From Desulfosudis oleivorans (GTDB taxonomy: Bacteria; Desulfobacterota; Desulfobacteria; Desulfobacterales; SURF-7), in NCBI GenBank assembly GCA_020723305.1, contig DYJC01000023.1, positions 2,451 through 66,450 on the forward strand: a stretch of DNA of 64,000 nucleotides, in the 5' to 3' direction. The translations under genes were made by a program, and so were the position numbers. Shown here one piece after another: positions 46,093 to 57,554 of this stretch (position 1 is the first letter of the stretch; each line of letters begins with the position of its first letter). The notes beneath the pieces were generated by a model. It saw only the letters and a list, made by a program, of their open reading frames with translations. It ran no database searches and was not told the origin of the DNA.

Positions 46093-49000
46093 ATGAGTAA
46101 AAATTTCGGCCCTGCCGGTAAAATCGCCCAATTTTTCATCGACTCCAAGCTTACCCCGCTTATCATCATCGCTTCGGTTCTGCTTGGTCTGGCTGCGGTC
46201 ATCGCCCTGCCCCGTGAAGAGGAGCCCCAGATTATCGTCCCTATGATCGATATCTTTGTTCAGATGCCTGGATCGGATGCAACAGAGGTGGAACAGCGGG
46301 TCACCCGCCCTATGGAAAAACTGCTCTGGGAAATCCCGGGTGTAGAATATGTCTATTCAACCTCAGCACCTGGAATGTCCATGGCAGTAGTGCGCTTTCT
46401 GGTCGGACAGAATGAAGAAGAATCGATTGTCCGGCTCCAGTCCAAACTCATGGCCAACATGGACCGGATTCCCTGCTGCATCACCCCGCCGCTGATCAAG
46501 CCCCGTTATATCGATGATGTCCCCATCCTGGCGCTGACCTTCTGGAGTGAAGAAGTGGAACCCTATCTGTTGCGCCGGGTGGCAGCAGAAGCAGAAGAAA
46601 GACTCAAGCAGGAACCCAATGCCTCCATCAGCACACTGATCGGCGGAGAAAGCCGCCGCGTGGAAGTTCAACTCGATCCTACACGGCTGGCAGCCTATGG
46701 CCTGGATGCGGAAAGCGTCAGCCGGATTGTATTTGCCGCCAATCAGGCAACCGATGCCGGAACTTACCCTTCCTCCCAGGGGCAGATCGTGGTTCATACC
46801 GGGTCGTTTCTGGAAACCATAGAAGATGTCGGCAATATCGTGGTTGCGGCGCATCAGGGGCGTCCTGTTTATCTGGCGGATGTGGCCGATATCCATGACG
46901 GTCCGCCGGCACCGGAACAATATGTCTATTTCGGCACGGGCCCTGCGTCCGAAGAAACCATCAAACCCGGAAATTCCCGGCTCGGAGAGCCCTGCCCGGC
47001 TGTAACCCTGACACTTGCCAAACGCAAAGGCACCAATGCCATCAGTGTGGCGAACAAGGTGCTGGAACGGGTGGAAGGGTTAAAAGGAACACTGATCCCG
47101 GACAACATTCATGTCACCATCACCCGCCACTACGGTGAAACCGCCAAGGAAAAAAGCGATGAACTCCTGTTTCACATGCTGATCGCCATTGTATCGGTCA
47201 CGATCCTGATCTGGTTCACCCTGGGACACCGGGAATCCGGAGTCGTTGCCTTTGCCATCCCCGTAACCCTGGCACTCACCATGGCGACGTTCTATCTTTA
47301 CGGCTATACTCTCAACCGGATTACGCTTTTTGCCCTTATCTTTTCCATTGGTATCCTGGTGGATGACGCCATCGTGGTGGTGGAAAACATTGTCCGTCAT
47401 TACCGGCTGCCGGAGAATAAAGACCGGCCCAAGTCCCTGGTAGCCATCGAGGCAGTAGATGAAGTAGGCAACCCCACTATCCTGGCGACCCTTGCGGTCA
47501 TTGCCGCCATCCTGCCCATGGCGTTTGTCGGCGGTCTGATGGGCCCTTACATGCGCCCGATTCCCGTGGGTGCTTCAGCCGCCATGATTTTTTCCCTGAT
47601 CGTCGCATTTATCGTAACTCCCTGGGCCTCCTGGCGTCTTCTGCAACATTCTGCTGCTTCATCCTGCGGTCATCATGACCATGAGGCCGAAGGACGGGCC
47701 ACCCAGTTCTATCGCTGGATCATGGGCCACCTCATCCACCATCCGGTATGGCGCTGGTCATTTCTGTCTGCGACGGCCTTCCTGCTGCTCCTGGCATGCG
47801 GACTCGTGGCCGTTGGCTGGGTAGGCGTCAAAATGCTGCCCTTTGACAACAAAAGCGAATTTCAGGTGATCCTGGACATGCCGGAACATGCAACCCTGGA
47901 AGATACCTCTGCGGTTGCATTTGAAATGGGCGAATATCTCAAAACCGTCAATGAAGTGGAAAACTACCAGATTCATGTAGGCGTTTCCGGTCCCTTTAAT
48001 TTCAATGGACTGGTTCGCCACTATTATCTGCGGCAATCACCGAATATGGCGGATATCCAGGTCAATCTTGCCGGAAAGGATCGAAGGCAGCAGCAGAGCC
48101 ACGCCATTGCCAAACGCGTGCGTCCGCCGCTCCAGGCCATTGCCGAACGATATGGCGCCCGGGTCAAAATCGCTGAAGTACCTCCCGGCCCTCCGGTCTT
48201 GTCCACACTGGTAGCGGAAATTTATGGCCCGGATTACAAACGCCAGAGGGAAATCGCTCTCGAGATCCGGCGTATTTTCGAGGAAACCGAAGGCGTGGTG
48301 GATGTGGACTGGATCATGGAAGAAGATCAGATCCGCTATCAGATCGATGTGGATCAGGAAAAGGCCGCTCTACACGGTATCAGCGTAGCCAACGTCACCC
48401 AGACCATCCAGACCGCCCTGTCCGGAAAACCCGCTGGGCTGTTGCACCTGCCCCTTGAAAAAGAGGATGTCGATATTGTCCTGCAACCGCCGCTTGCCCT
48501 GCGTGCGGATTTGGATCGCATCCGGGCAATGAAGATCAGCACGGCAAACGGAAATCTGGTATCACTCTCCACACTCATCAGCGTGAAGCAGACCCCCATG
48601 GATCGAAGCATCTATCATAAAAATCTCATGCCGGTGGTGTATGTCATCGGCGATGTTGCCGGAGCAAAAGAAAGTCCCGTATATGCCATCCTGGAAATGC
48701 GAAAAAAAATTGAAGCCCTGCAACTGCCGGAAGGATACCGCATCGAACAGCACACAGCCGCCCTGCCGGAAAGCGACCAGCGTTTTTCCATGAAATGGGA
48801 TGGCGAATGGCACATCACCTACGAAGTCTTCCGGGATCTGGGGCTTGCTTTTGCCGTGGTGCTGGTATTGATCTTTGTGCTTGTCGTCGGCTGGTTCCAA
48901 TCCTTCTCCACACCGCTTGTGATCATGACAGCCATTCCATTTTCCCTGATCGGCATACTGCCGGCCCATTTTGCCATGAATGCCTTTTTTACCGCCACAT

Positions 49001-49341
49001 CCATGATCGGCTTCATTGCCGGTGCCGGCATCGTTGTGAGAAACTCCATCATCCTGGTGGATTTCATTGAACTGCGTCTGAAAGAAGGCGCACCCCTGGA
49101 TCAGGCAGTCATCGACGCCGGAGCGGTCCGGTTCCGGCCCATGATGCTTACGGCTGCGGCAGTGGTGGTGGGTGCCTCGGTCATCCTTTTTGACCCGATC
49201 TTTCAGGGACTGGCTATATCCCTGATGGCAGGAGAAATCGCCTCCTTGCTGTTCTCACGCATGACGGTTCCCATTCTCTATTTTCTGGACAAACGCTGGG
49301 AATCCGCCCATGCAAAGGACAAAGAAAACCCATCTGCCTGA
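46093..49341 (+). CDS. RND efflux permease (AcrB/CusA family)
   Basis: [13 protein letters not shown] and RFRPMMLT motifs; 1082 aa. Confidence 0.95.
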   Translation: MSKNFGPAGKIAQFFIDSKLTPLIIIASVLLGLAAVIALPREEEPQIIVPMIDIFVQMPGSDATEVEQRVTRPMEKLLWEIPGVEYVYSTSAPGMSMAVVRFLVGQNEEESIVRLQSKLMANMDRIPCCITPPLIKPRYIDDVPILALTFWSEEVEPYLLRRVAAEAEERLKQEPNASISTLIGGESRRVEVQLDPTRLAAYGLDAESVSRIVFAANQATDAGTYPSSQGQIVVHTGSFLETIEDVGNIVVAAHQGRPVYLADVADIHDGPPAPEQYVYFGTGPASEETIKPGNSRLGEPCPAVTLTLAKRKGTNAISVANKVLERVEGLKGTLIPDNIHVTITRHYGETAKEKSDELLFHMLIAIVSVTILIWFTLGHRESGVVAFAIPVTLALTMATFYLYGYTLNRITLFALIFSIGILVDDAIVVVENIVRHYRLPENKDRPKSLVAIEAVDEVGNPTILATLAVIAAILPMAFVGGLMGPYMRPIPVGASAAMIFSLIVAFIVTPWASWRLLQHSAASSCGHHDHEAEGRATQFYRWIMGHLIHHPVWRWSFLSATAFLLLLACGLVAVGWVGVKMLPFDNKSEFQVILDMPEHATLEDTSAVAFEMGEYLKTVNEVENYQIHVGVSGPFNFNGLVRHYYLRQSPNMADIQVNLAGKDRRQQQSHAIAKRVRPPLQAIAERYGARVKIAEVPPGPPVLSTLVAEIYGPDYKRQREIALEIRRIFEETEGVVDVDWIMEEDQIRYQIDVDQEKAALHGISVANVTQTIQTALSGKPAGLLHLPLEKEDVDIVLQPPLALRADLDRIRAMKISTANGNLVSLSTLISVKQTPMDRSIYHKNLMPVVYVIGDVAGAKESPVYAILEMRKKIEALQLPEGYRIEQHTAALPESDQRFSMKWDGEWHITYEVFRDLGLAFAVVLVLIFVLVVGWFQSFSTPLVIMTAIPFSLIGILPAHFAMNAFFTATSMIGFIAGAGIVVRNSIILVDFIELRLKEGAPLDQAVIDAGAVRFRPMMLTAAAVVVGASVILFDPIFQGLAISLMAGEIASLLFSRMTVPILYFLDKRWESAHAKDKENPSA

Positions 49342-49531
49342 TCCATCAAATCGTTGAATGGTCAGCCCGTTATTGGATCTTGACTATCCATACAATCGGA
49401 TATAAATTCCATGCCCAGGTAAGGCGGGTGAATTGTAGTGCATTGTTCTGAAAACCCCAAAAGGTCAATACAGGATGGTTGAATTCCGGACAATGCTAAG
49501 AAAGTAACAGAAATCAAGATCGGAACCGGAT

Positions 49532-50152
49532 TTGGAATATCTGAATTTTCTTGGAACATATTTTGCCGCATATCCATATATATTAATGCTGCTGGCATTT
49601 TTTCTGCTCCTGTTTTTATTCCCCATCCCGGAAGAACTGATCCTGTTTACCGGCGGACTCCTCTCCGCAGGTCATGGACAAATGGTCTGGCTCCCAACCC
49701 TTATTTGCGGCATATTTGGTGTTTTTTATACGGACTACTGGTTCTTCATATTAGCAAAACTGTTTGGACAGAATTTTCTGAAAAACAGGATCGTCCGGAA
49801 ATTCTTTTCCGAAAAAAAACAGGAAGAAGCCTTGCACCTGGTCTTCAAATACGGCGTATGGGCTGTATTTATCGTCCGGTTCATTCCCGGCGGCATCCGC
49901 AACCCTGTTTTTTTTATCTGCGGGCTTTCAAAAATCAAGTCCAGAAATTTTATCATCGCATCCTTGTCCGGAGCGACAATCGTCGCCCAGTTCAGCTTCT
50001 GGCTCGGCTATTTTCTGCATGACACCATCCAATCACCGGAAATTTTATTCGATAATATCAAACAAAATTTCCAGTTGGGATTGGGCATTATCGTGCTGTT
50101 GTTTCTTTTGTTCCTGCTCGTCAAAAAAATATTCCAAAAACTCCGGGAGTAA
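49532..50152 (+). CDS. DedA-family membrane protein
   Basis: PIPEELILFTGG and RFIPGGIR motifs. Confidence 0.85.
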   Translation: MEYLNFLGTYFAAYPYILMLLAFFLLLFLFPIPEELILFTGGLLSAGHGQMVWLPTLICGIFGVFYTDYWFFILAKLFGQNFLKNRIVRKFFSEKKQEEALHLVFKYGVWAVFIVRFIPGGIRNPVFFICGLSKIKSRNFIIASLSGATIVAQFSFWLGYFLHDTIQSPEILFDNIKQNFQLGLGIIVLLFLLFLLVKKIFQKLRE

Positions 50153-50297
50153 CCATCTGTTTGTCCGGGCATCACAGAAACAAGAATAACTGGACAATCG
50201 ACAAACTCATTCACTATAAAATAATCTAATGAAGCCGTTCAGATTATAGAAAGCATATTCTTGCCGCACTGTCGCAACAATCGAGCCGGTCACATTA

Positions 50298-50317
50298 CAG
50301 ACTTTTGAAATTGGCTC
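50298..50317 (-). repeat. Partial MITE-A end (reverse orientation)
   Basis: Reverse complement reads GAGCCAATTTCAAAAGTCTG. Confidence 0.5.
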
Positions 50318-50364
50318 AATGGTTCTGATAAAATCCTTTGCATTCACAAAAGACGTTGACTGAA

Positions 50365-51432
50365 TCAAAGCAATCCCCTTTTCTGAGCCATCCGCATCAT
50401 CTGTTCCACCATGCTTGCCGGCGGTGTGCGAATCTCCGGCCCGGACTTGGAAACCAGTTTCAGTGCTTCCGTTGGGCAGGTTGTAACACAGAGCCCGCAT
50501 CCAATGCACCGTTCTCCATCGACAAACGCCAGACCATCATCGTTCATGCGGAGTGCATTCATCTGACAGCGTTCCAGACATGTTTCACAACCCGTGCAGT
50601 CTTCTGTTTCCACCACGGCAAAATGATTGGAAAAGACCATTTCCGACGGTCTGGGATGCTTGTTAAGCGCCCGCAGTACACCACAGCAATCACCGCAGCA
50701 GTTGCACATGCCTGCCGGATTCTGTGAGGTGGCCGGCTGGGTTACAAGCCCTGCTTCCCGGCATTTTGTCAGGATGTCAATCGCCTCATCCAGTGAAATT
50801 GCTCTTCCCATATTCCGATCCAGATAATACTGCCCCATGGAACCGAACATGAAACAGGCTTCCATGGGTTTGCCGCAATCATGGTCGATCAAACCGGCTG
50901 TTTTACGGCAGATGCAATCCGTGATCACGATAAAGGATTTGCTCCGCAGGATTTCAACTGCATCGTCATAACTAGCTACGTTGTGGGTTATATCAATCGA
51001 TTGATGCACCGGTATGATTCTGAGAAAAAAATCCGCACTAGCCTGCATGGCACGGTCAAAAGCCTCATCAAAATACTGCCTCGCCATTTCGGCAAAATCG
51101 GATTTGAGATTTTTTACCTGAAACTCAAACAGCCCATGAACAAAAGGAATGGCGCCATACCGCGACTCGGTGTTTTTTTTCAATCGGAACAGCAATCCTC
51201 TCTCCGCCATGTTGTCCAATTGAGCGGCAACTTCCGCTGCAGGACGATTCAGCCGGGAAGCCACGGTTTCCGTATTTTCCAGCATCGGGGTCAATGCGGT
51301 AAACATCGTGGCATCCGCTTCTGAAAAAAGGTATCGAAGGATCTTCAGCTCGATTCCGGACTGGGTTGCCGGAAATCCCATGGAGTATTGATCCAGTTGT
51401 TTTTGCAATTGTCGATAGATATCTGTCTGCAT
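50365..51432 (-). CDS. 4Fe-4S dicluster ferredoxin-domain protein
   Basis: CICR, CNCCGDCC, CTGCETCLERC and CIGCGLCVTTCP motifs. Confidence 0.88.
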   Translation of the reverse strand: MQTDIYRQLQKQLDQYSMGFPATQSGIELKILRYLFSEADATMFTALTPMLENTETVASRLNRPAAEVAAQLDNMAERGLLFRLKKNTESRYGAIPFVHGLFEFQVKNLKSDFAEMARQYFDEAFDRAMQASADFFLRIIPVHQSIDITHNVASYDDAVEILRSKSFIVITDCICRKTAGLIDHDCGKPMEACFMFGSMGQYYLDRNMGRAISLDEAIDILTKCREAGLVTQPATSQNPAGMCNCCGDCCGVLRALNKHPRPSEMVFSNHFAVVETEDCTGCETCLERCQMNALRMNDDGLAFVDGERCIGCGLCVTTCPTEALKLVSKSGPEIRTPPASMVEQMMRMAQKRGLL

Positions 51433-51742
51433 TATTTTTCCTTCCTTTTATATAACGCCATCTCAGGAAAATGTACTTTAACGATCGTTAAAGCACATAC
51501 CCCCCCATCCTGCTTTTGTCAAGATTTTGTTACCGGCCGATAAAGGGCTTGATATGGTTGATACCGCACCTGATCCTTTATCCATGAAGAAAACTTACGT
51601 GATGATATCCGGATTATTATTATAATATGATTGAGATTTCCCGTAACTAAGATTATGATGATCTCATATCTTTGTGACCTTTTTTTGCCCGTTTGTTTGG
51701 ACATCTGTTATAAAACAACAGATAGAGAGGAAAAACTATAAG

Positions 51743-52501
51743 ATGTTTATCATACATAAAAAAATACTGCCTATTGTTGCCAGCCTCCTAATTGGAATCA
51801 ATACGGTTTTTGCAGGAGAGTCTATAACATTAAATACATTGGATTGGGAGCCATACATTGGCGAAAAATTAAAAAATCAAGGATATGTTGCAGAAGTAGT
51901 CAAAGAAGCTTTTAAAAGGGGTGGATATGATCTGAAAATAAAATTCAGACCTTGGAAAAGGGCTGTAATGGAATCTCAAAGAGGTGCTGTTGATGGATAT
52001 TTCCCAGAATATTATTCAGAGGAAATAACGACTCATGCTATATTTTCTGAACCTTTTCCAGGAGGTCCTGTTGGATTTTTTGCGGTAAAAGGCACAACCG
52101 TGAATTATGATGGGAATCTCGAAACTTTAAAACCCTATAAAATCGGAGTGGTAAGAGGGTATGTAAATTCAGCGAAATTCGATGCCGTGACATTTTTACA
52201 AAAAGAAGAAGTAGTCGATGATATTACAAATATAAAAAAACTGATTATGGAAAGAATTACCTTGTGTGTGACAGATAAATTCGTAGGTTATTATTTGTAC
52301 GAACAGTTAGATGAAGACCTGAAAAGCAAACATCAAATCGTGTTTCTGGATCCGCCGCTTGATAATAAAGATTTATATGTTTGTATATCAAAAGCAACAA
52401 AGCATAACCCTGAAAGTGTAAAAGATGCTTTCAATAAGGGCCTGATTTCAATGAAAGCAGATGGTAGTTTAGAAAAAATACTGAAAAGTCATGGTTTCTA
52501 A
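51743..52501 (+). CDS. Periplasmic substrate-binding protein (family 3-like)
   Basis: Signal peptide; DWEPY, PWKRA, IGVVRGY and FNKGL..MKADG motifs. Confidence 0.85.
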   Translation: MFIIHKKILPIVASLLIGINTVFAGESITLNTLDWEPYIGEKLKNQGYVAEVVKEAFKRGGYDLKIKFRPWKRAVMESQRGAVDGYFPEYYSEEITTHAIFSEPFPGGPVGFFAVKGTTVNYDGNLETLKPYKIGVVRGYVNSAKFDAVTFLQKEEVVDDITNIKKLIMERITLCVTDKFVGYYLYEQLDEDLKSKHQIVFLDPPLDNKDLYVCISKATKHNPESVKDAFNKGLISMKADGSLEKILKSHGF

Positions 52502-52582
52502 ACAAATATCCATTATTTAAAAAAGATAGGGGTTGTCCTTTTGATGCACCACTGGATTTCTATCGAATAAAGACTCACTGAC

Positions 52583-54211
52583 ATGATACATCTGACAAAC
52601 ATCAGCAAACAACATGGCTCGCAGATCCTTTTCCAGAATGCGAGCCTGCAGATCCTTTCCGGCAATCGAATCGGCCTGGTTGGGCCAAACGGTGTCGGCA
52701 AAACCACCGTATTCCGCCTGATTACCGGCGAGGAAAACCCCGATAACGGTGAAATCACCTGCGCTGCCAGAACCCGGATCGGTTATTTTTCCCAGAATGT
52801 CGGTGAAATGTCCGGCCGGTCCGCCCTTGCGGAGGTAATGTCAGCGGTAAAAGACCTGGTTACCATCGGCGAGCAGATCCGTGAGATGGAAATCGCCATG
52901 GGACAACCCATGTCCGACAATGCTATGGAATCCTTGCTGAAGCGATACGGTGATGCAGTGGAACAGTTTGAGCATGGCGGAGGCTATGAGCTGGAGTCCA
53001 GAGCCCAGGCAGTATTAACCGGACTGGGCATTCCTCCTGCCGATCATGACCGGCCGGTGGAATCCTTCAGCGGCGGATGGAAAATGCGTATCGCCCTTGC
53101 CAAGATCCTGACACAGAATCCGGATGTATTGCTGCTGGACGAGCCCACCAACCATCTGGACATGGAATCCATCCTCTGGATTGAAGACTGGCTGGCCAAG
53201 GAATTCAAAGGCGCGCTTCTCATGACCTGCCATGACCATGATTTCATGAACCGCATTGTCACAAGAATCATTGAGGTAGGCAACCGGACGTTTACCACGT
53301 ACAGCGGCAATTATGATTTTTACTTGCGGGAGCGGGAAATAAGGAGGGAGCAACTGCTGGCCAGCTATCGAAGGCAGCAGGAGATGCTGGCCAAGGAACA
53401 GGAATTCATTGCCAGGTTCGCAGCCAGGGCTTCCCATGCCTCCCAGGTGCAATCCAGGATTAAAAAAATTGAAAAAATCGAACGTATCGAAGTTCCGCCC
53501 GAACACCGCACCATCCGGTTTGCCTTCCCGGATCCTCCCCGCTCCGGTGATGACGTGATCATGATGAAAGAGCTTTCCAAATCCTGGCCCCGGCCCTCGG
53601 GAGACTCAAAATCCGTTTTCGGCGGAGTATCCGGAATGATCCAGCGCCGGGATAAAATCGCGGTCGTCGGCGTAAACGGAGCTGGAAAATCAACATTTCT
53701 CAAGGTGCTGTCCGGCCAAACCCAACCAACGAATGGTGAGGTTGTGATCGGAGCCAATATTCATACGGGCTATTTCAGCCAGATTTCCATGGACATTCTC
53801 GACCCTGCCAAAACCGTTTTCACAACCATTCAGGATGCCATGCCGTACGCCAACATCGGCGTTGTCCGTAACCTTTGTGCAGCCTTCCTTTTCCAGGGAG
53901 ACGACATTTATAAGAGAATCGACAAACTCTCCGGCGGTGAAAAAAGCCGCGTCGTTCTGGCAATACTTTTGACCCAGCCTGTCAATCTGCTGATCCTGGA
54001 CGAGCCCACCAACCATCTGGATATCATTTCCCGCGAAATACTGCTGGAAGCCTTACAGAATTTTTCCGGAACCTTAGTACTCGTCAGTCATGACCGCCAT
54101 TTTTTGCGTTCCCTGGTGAATCGCGTTTTTGAAATCGATCACGGCCAAATGCTGATTTATGAAGGGGGATATGATTATTATCTGGAAAAGACCCAGCGAA
54201 TTACCCGGTAA
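52583..54211 (+). CDS. ABC-F family ATPase
   Basis: Two NBDs (GPNGVGKT/FSGGW/LDEPTNHLD and GVNGAGKS/LSGGE/LDEPTNHLD); no TM segments. Confidence 0.93.
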   Translation: MIHLTNISKQHGSQILFQNASLQILSGNRIGLVGPNGVGKTTVFRLITGEENPDNGEITCAARTRIGYFSQNVGEMSGRSALAEVMSAVKDLVTIGEQIREMEIAMGQPMSDNAMESLLKRYGDAVEQFEHGGGYELESRAQAVLTGLGIPPADHDRPVESFSGGWKMRIALAKILTQNPDVLLLDEPTNHLDMESILWIEDWLAKEFKGALLMTCHDHDFMNRIVTRIIEVGNRTFTTYSGNYDFYLREREIRREQLLASYRRQQEMLAKEQEFIARFAARASHASQVQSRIKKIEKIERIEVPPEHRTIRFAFPDPPRSGDDVIMMKELSKSWPRPSGDSKSVFGGVSGMIQRRDKIAVVGVNGAGKSTFLKVLSGQTQPTNGEVVIGANIHTGYFSQISMDILDPAKTVFTTIQDAMPYANIGVVRNLCAAFLFQGDDIYKRIDKLSGGEKSRVVLAILLTQPVNLLILDEPTNHLDIISREILLEALQNFSGTLVLVSHDRHFLRSLVNRVFEIDHGQMLIYEGGYDYYLEKTQRITR

Positions 54212-54276
54212 ACCGGATCAACCCTTTTGGATGTCATGTCCATCCAAAAAATCCAATCAGAGGAATCGCTGTTGAA

Positions 54277-55503
54277 TCAATTCTGCAAGGCCGTGTTGGA
54301 AACAAAAATACTATCCGAAAGTTTCCGGCCGGTGCCTGGAAGATGAACCGTTCTTTTGAGAACGAAATCGAACAGCAGCGGATTGTAGTCGTAGATCTCA
54401 TTCAGTAAGCTGCGTTCTTCGGGGCTGATGAATCCTTCCTTGACCAGGTCCCGGGTACGAAGGAGAATATTGACTCCCGGCATGGGATAGTCACTGCCGT
54501 TCACCAGACGATGATGCAGATCATCGCGTTTCAGAATGGTCGAAATGGGCACAGACAGCCGATTGAACTGGAACTGCGCGGAAATCTCCCCAAAAAGCAG
54601 CCCTTCATATTTTTTTTCATCCATCAGCCGGAGAAACAGGGAGAAGCAGGAACGCTTTTCCCGATTCGGACTGTCCAGATCCACGCACTCTCCCAGACTG
54701 GCACAGTGGGCCATGATAACGCGGATGCCGTGGCTCAGCGGTTTTCGAAGCAGGAGCGGATTTCCCCACTGCTGATCCGCTTCCGCTTCCACAGCCTGTT
54801 CCTCGCCCGTATGGGTCAACAGAATCATCTCATGGGATTTCATTGCGGCATAAAAGGGATCGAGCTTCGGGTCGGCCGGGTTGATCCCCATGGCATTGGG
54901 CAGCCATTTAACATACTTCGCACCTTTTTCAGCCCACTTCTCCAATTCCAGCAGAGCATCCTTGCGGTAGGGATTCACGGATATCACCGGCAGAAACACA
55001 TCCGGATACTCCCGGCAAAGCTTGAAAACATATTCATTGGGCACATAGAATTCCGTTTTCGCCGGATTCGGGGTGCCGTCCGGATTGTAGTAGCGGTCGA
55101 ACGCCAGAATCCGATATTTTCCATGCTTCTCCATGGATCGGATCAGCCGGACCAGGCGCCCCACATACTCCTCATCAGCATTGGCGACATCTCGAATTCC
55201 GGCTGCGCTGACATATATATTGAATTTAAGACGTTTGACGGGATGCCGCCATTTGCGCATTTCCGGATTGACAAAGGTTCCGTTGTTCCCGGTTCCCAAT
55301 CCCACGATATGGGTATGGTAGTCCAGCAACTGCCGGGCATCGATGCCTTCAAAAGCCTTGGCCACAATTGCTTTGGCTCCGGGAGACGCCTTGACGGCAA
55401 AATCTTCCGGCTCGTGTGTAAAGGCCCCGCCCATCTTATCGGTCAGACAACCGGATAAAAAGAAAAGCAGCGCTATTCCCATAATAATATACATACATCT
55501 CAT
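54277..55503 (-). CDS. Amidohydrolase-family (Amidohydro_2) lipoprotein
   Basis: DYHTH, LTHTG, MAH and NGSDYP motifs; LSGC lipobox. Start uncertain. Confidence 0.85.
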   Translation of the reverse strand: MRCMYIIMGIALLFFLSGCLTDKMGGAFTHEPEDFAVKASPGAKAIVAKAFEGIDARQLLDYHTHIVGLGTGNNGTFVNPEMRKWRHPVKRLKFNIYVSAAGIRDVANADEEYVGRLVRLIRSMEKHGKYRILAFDRYYNPDGTPNPAKTEFYVPNEYVFKLCREYPDVFLPVISVNPYRKDALLELEKWAEKGAKYVKWLPNAMGINPADPKLDPFYAAMKSHEMILLTHTGEEQAVEAEADQQWGNPLLLRKPLSHGIRVIMAHCASLGECVDLDSPNREKRSCFSLFLRLMDEKKYEGLLFGEISAQFQFNRLSVPISTILKRDDLHHRLVNGSDYPMPGVNILLRTRDLVKEGFISPEERSLLNEIYDYNPLLFDFVLKRTVHLPGTGRKLSDSIFVSNTALQN

Positions 55504-55570
55504 TGCAGTCTCGCATTTCCAGGGCCACCGCATCAGTATTTTCGTTTAAGGTTTGACCCTCGGAAACTAC

Positions 55571-55594
55571 GGGCGTATTGCAATACGCCCCTAC
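55571..55594 (-). repeat. GTAG-type REP palindrome
   Basis: Minus strand GTAG-GGGCGTATTGCAATACGCCC, a perfect 20-bp palindrome. Confidence 0.65.
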
Positions 55595-57523
55595 TCATAT
55601 CATAATTTCGCCGGTTTTTTTTGTGCTGTAACCACCTAAAGACTCAACACGTTTTTTAAAATCCGCTGTTTTTATGGTTTCAAGCAGAATTTTTATGTTT
55701 TCGGTTTCAAAAAAGATTTCCGGAATTACAAGGTCATACTGTTCCGTAACAACAGGTATAAAATCAAGATGAAGGGCGTTTGCAGCGGCAAAGATGCCGA
55801 GCCCCGCATCAGCTGAGCCGCTCAGAACAGCTACAGCAACCGACATGTGGGTAAACTCTTCGTTGTCATATCCCTTTATCTGTTTCGAGTCGATTCCAAG
55901 CTGATTTAATTTGTAATCCAGCAGTATCCTGGTTCCAGAACCGCCCTGCCGGTTGATAAAGGTGATATCCTGACGGGCAAGATCTTCGATCCCCTTGATG
56001 TTTTTTGGATTTCCTCTTGCAACAAGCAGCCCCTGATCCCGGAATACCAGGTTGACAAGTTTTATTCTCATATCCGGAAGATATTTTTGGATGTAGGAGA
56101 CATTATAGGAACCGTCCGTTGTATCCAGAAGATGAGAACCTGCAAGGTGGCACACCCCGTTTTTTACTGCCATAAGACCGCCCATGCTGCCGACATGACT
56201 TGAAGAGAGCGTAAGGTTGCTGCGCCCCGCCTTTATGATATCAGATAGAACATCGAGCGTATTGTCATGGCTTCCGACCACAACGATCGTATTGTTTATT
56301 GAGGAAAGCGGCCGCAGGAGTTCAGCCTGAACAGGCTCCTGGGCATTGATTCCTTCCACATGATTCGGAATGCGTATAATGCCGTCTGCCTCGGTAATCG
56401 ATGTGATGCATCCTGCACCCCTTGGAAGGGATGTTGCGATTACCTTGTTGCCGACTTTCCCGAGCTTTACCCGCAGAAACTCCTCCACTCCCAGTTTGGA
56501 TGCAATCTTCTTTGCAGGCATGACTTCCGTCTTTGGTCTTTCTTTCTCCGGCTGTCCCAGCATTTTGCAAAGCACCGGATAGACAAACTGCTCAAAAGCA
56601 ATAATGGCCGACACCGGATATCCGGGAATCCCAAAAACCGGTTTATTACCAACAGCACCGATCACAACCGGTTTTCCAGGCATGATGGTGACACCGTGAA
56701 CCAGCACTTCACCAGCTTCAGATATAATGCTTTTTGCATAATCTTCTGACCCGGCGGATGATCCGCCTATGATCAGGACAATATCATATTCTCCCTGGAT
56801 GCCTTTCAGGAGGGCCTCTTTTATTTTCCCTGCGTCATCCTTTATTTTCTCGTGCCTTTCGTAGACTCCTCCTGAAGACTCAACCAGTTTGCCAAGGACA
56901 AAGGAATTGGTTTCGAGAACCTGCCCTGGAATAAGCTGGTCAATGTCCGCTTCATTCCAGTCAACAAGTTCCGATCCGGTCGGAATGATCAGCACCCGGG
57001 GCTTTTTCCTCACGGAAACCGAGAAAATGCCGCCGGAAAGAAGCGCGCCGACACAGTAAGGGGTAATAACATGATTCCGGGGAAACAGAAGTTCGGTTGC
57101 AACAATATCTTCTCCCATTTTTCTCACATGCTGCCAGGGTACGGCAGGTGCCTCAATTTCTATCCGGTTTTCATCCAGGATATTCACATGTTCAATCATG
57201 ATGACGGAATTTGTCTCTTTGGGAAGAACATGGCCGGTGTTCAGAAAAAAAATATCCTTGTTTATAATAAGCTGTTTCGGCTGTGTCTCGCTTGCTCCAA
57301 ACGTATTTTCCGCTTTTACGGCAATGCCGTCCATGGCTGCGGAATGAAAATTCGGGGATGAAAGCCTTGCACTGACGGCTTCCGCCGTCACCCTGTTGAT
57401 TGCATCCAAAACCGGAACAGTTTCGCCCGGAAGGTTTTGAATATGAGAAAATCCGGTAAATAGAATCTCTCTGGCTTCTTCAAGGGTCTTCATTTTCAAA
57501 TAGACATTGCGTGTATTCATCAT
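55595..57523 (-). CDS. moeA: Molybdopterin biosynthesis MoeA fused to a PBP domain
   Basis: SAAMDG, TGSEL, GGSSAG and PGYPVS; C-terminal GSHD, FINRQGGSGTR. Confidence 0.92.
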   Translation of the reverse strand: MMNTRNVYLKMKTLEEAREILFTGFSHIQNLPGETVPVLDAINRVTAEAVSARLSSPNFHSAAMDGIAVKAENTFGASETQPKQLIINKDIFFLNTGHVLPKETNSVIMIEHVNILDENRIEIEAPAVPWQHVRKMGEDIVATELLFPRNHVITPYCVGALLSGGIFSVSVRKKPRVLIIPTGSELVDWNEADIDQLIPGQVLETNSFVLGKLVESSGGVYERHEKIKDDAGKIKEALLKGIQGEYDIVLIIGGSSAGSEDYAKSIISEAGEVLVHGVTIMPGKPVVIGAVGNKPVFGIPGYPVSAIIAFEQFVYPVLCKMLGQPEKERPKTEVMPAKKIASKLGVEEFLRVKLGKVGNKVIATSLPRGAGCITSITEADGIIRIPNHVEGINAQEPVQAELLRPLSSINNTIVVVGSHDNTLDVLSDIIKAGRSNLTLSSSHVGSMGGLMAVKNGVCHLAGSHLLDTTDGSYNVSYIQKYLPDMRIKLVNLVFRDQGLLVARGNPKNIKGIEDLARQDITFINRQGGSGTRILLDYKLNQLGIDSKQIKGYDNEEFTHMSVAVAVLSGSADAGLGIFAAANALHLDFIPVVTEQYDLVIPEIFFETENIKILLETIKTADFKKRVESLGGYSTKKTGEIMI

Positions 57524-57554
57524 GAACTCCTCAACAATTGCAATCCGTCATATT

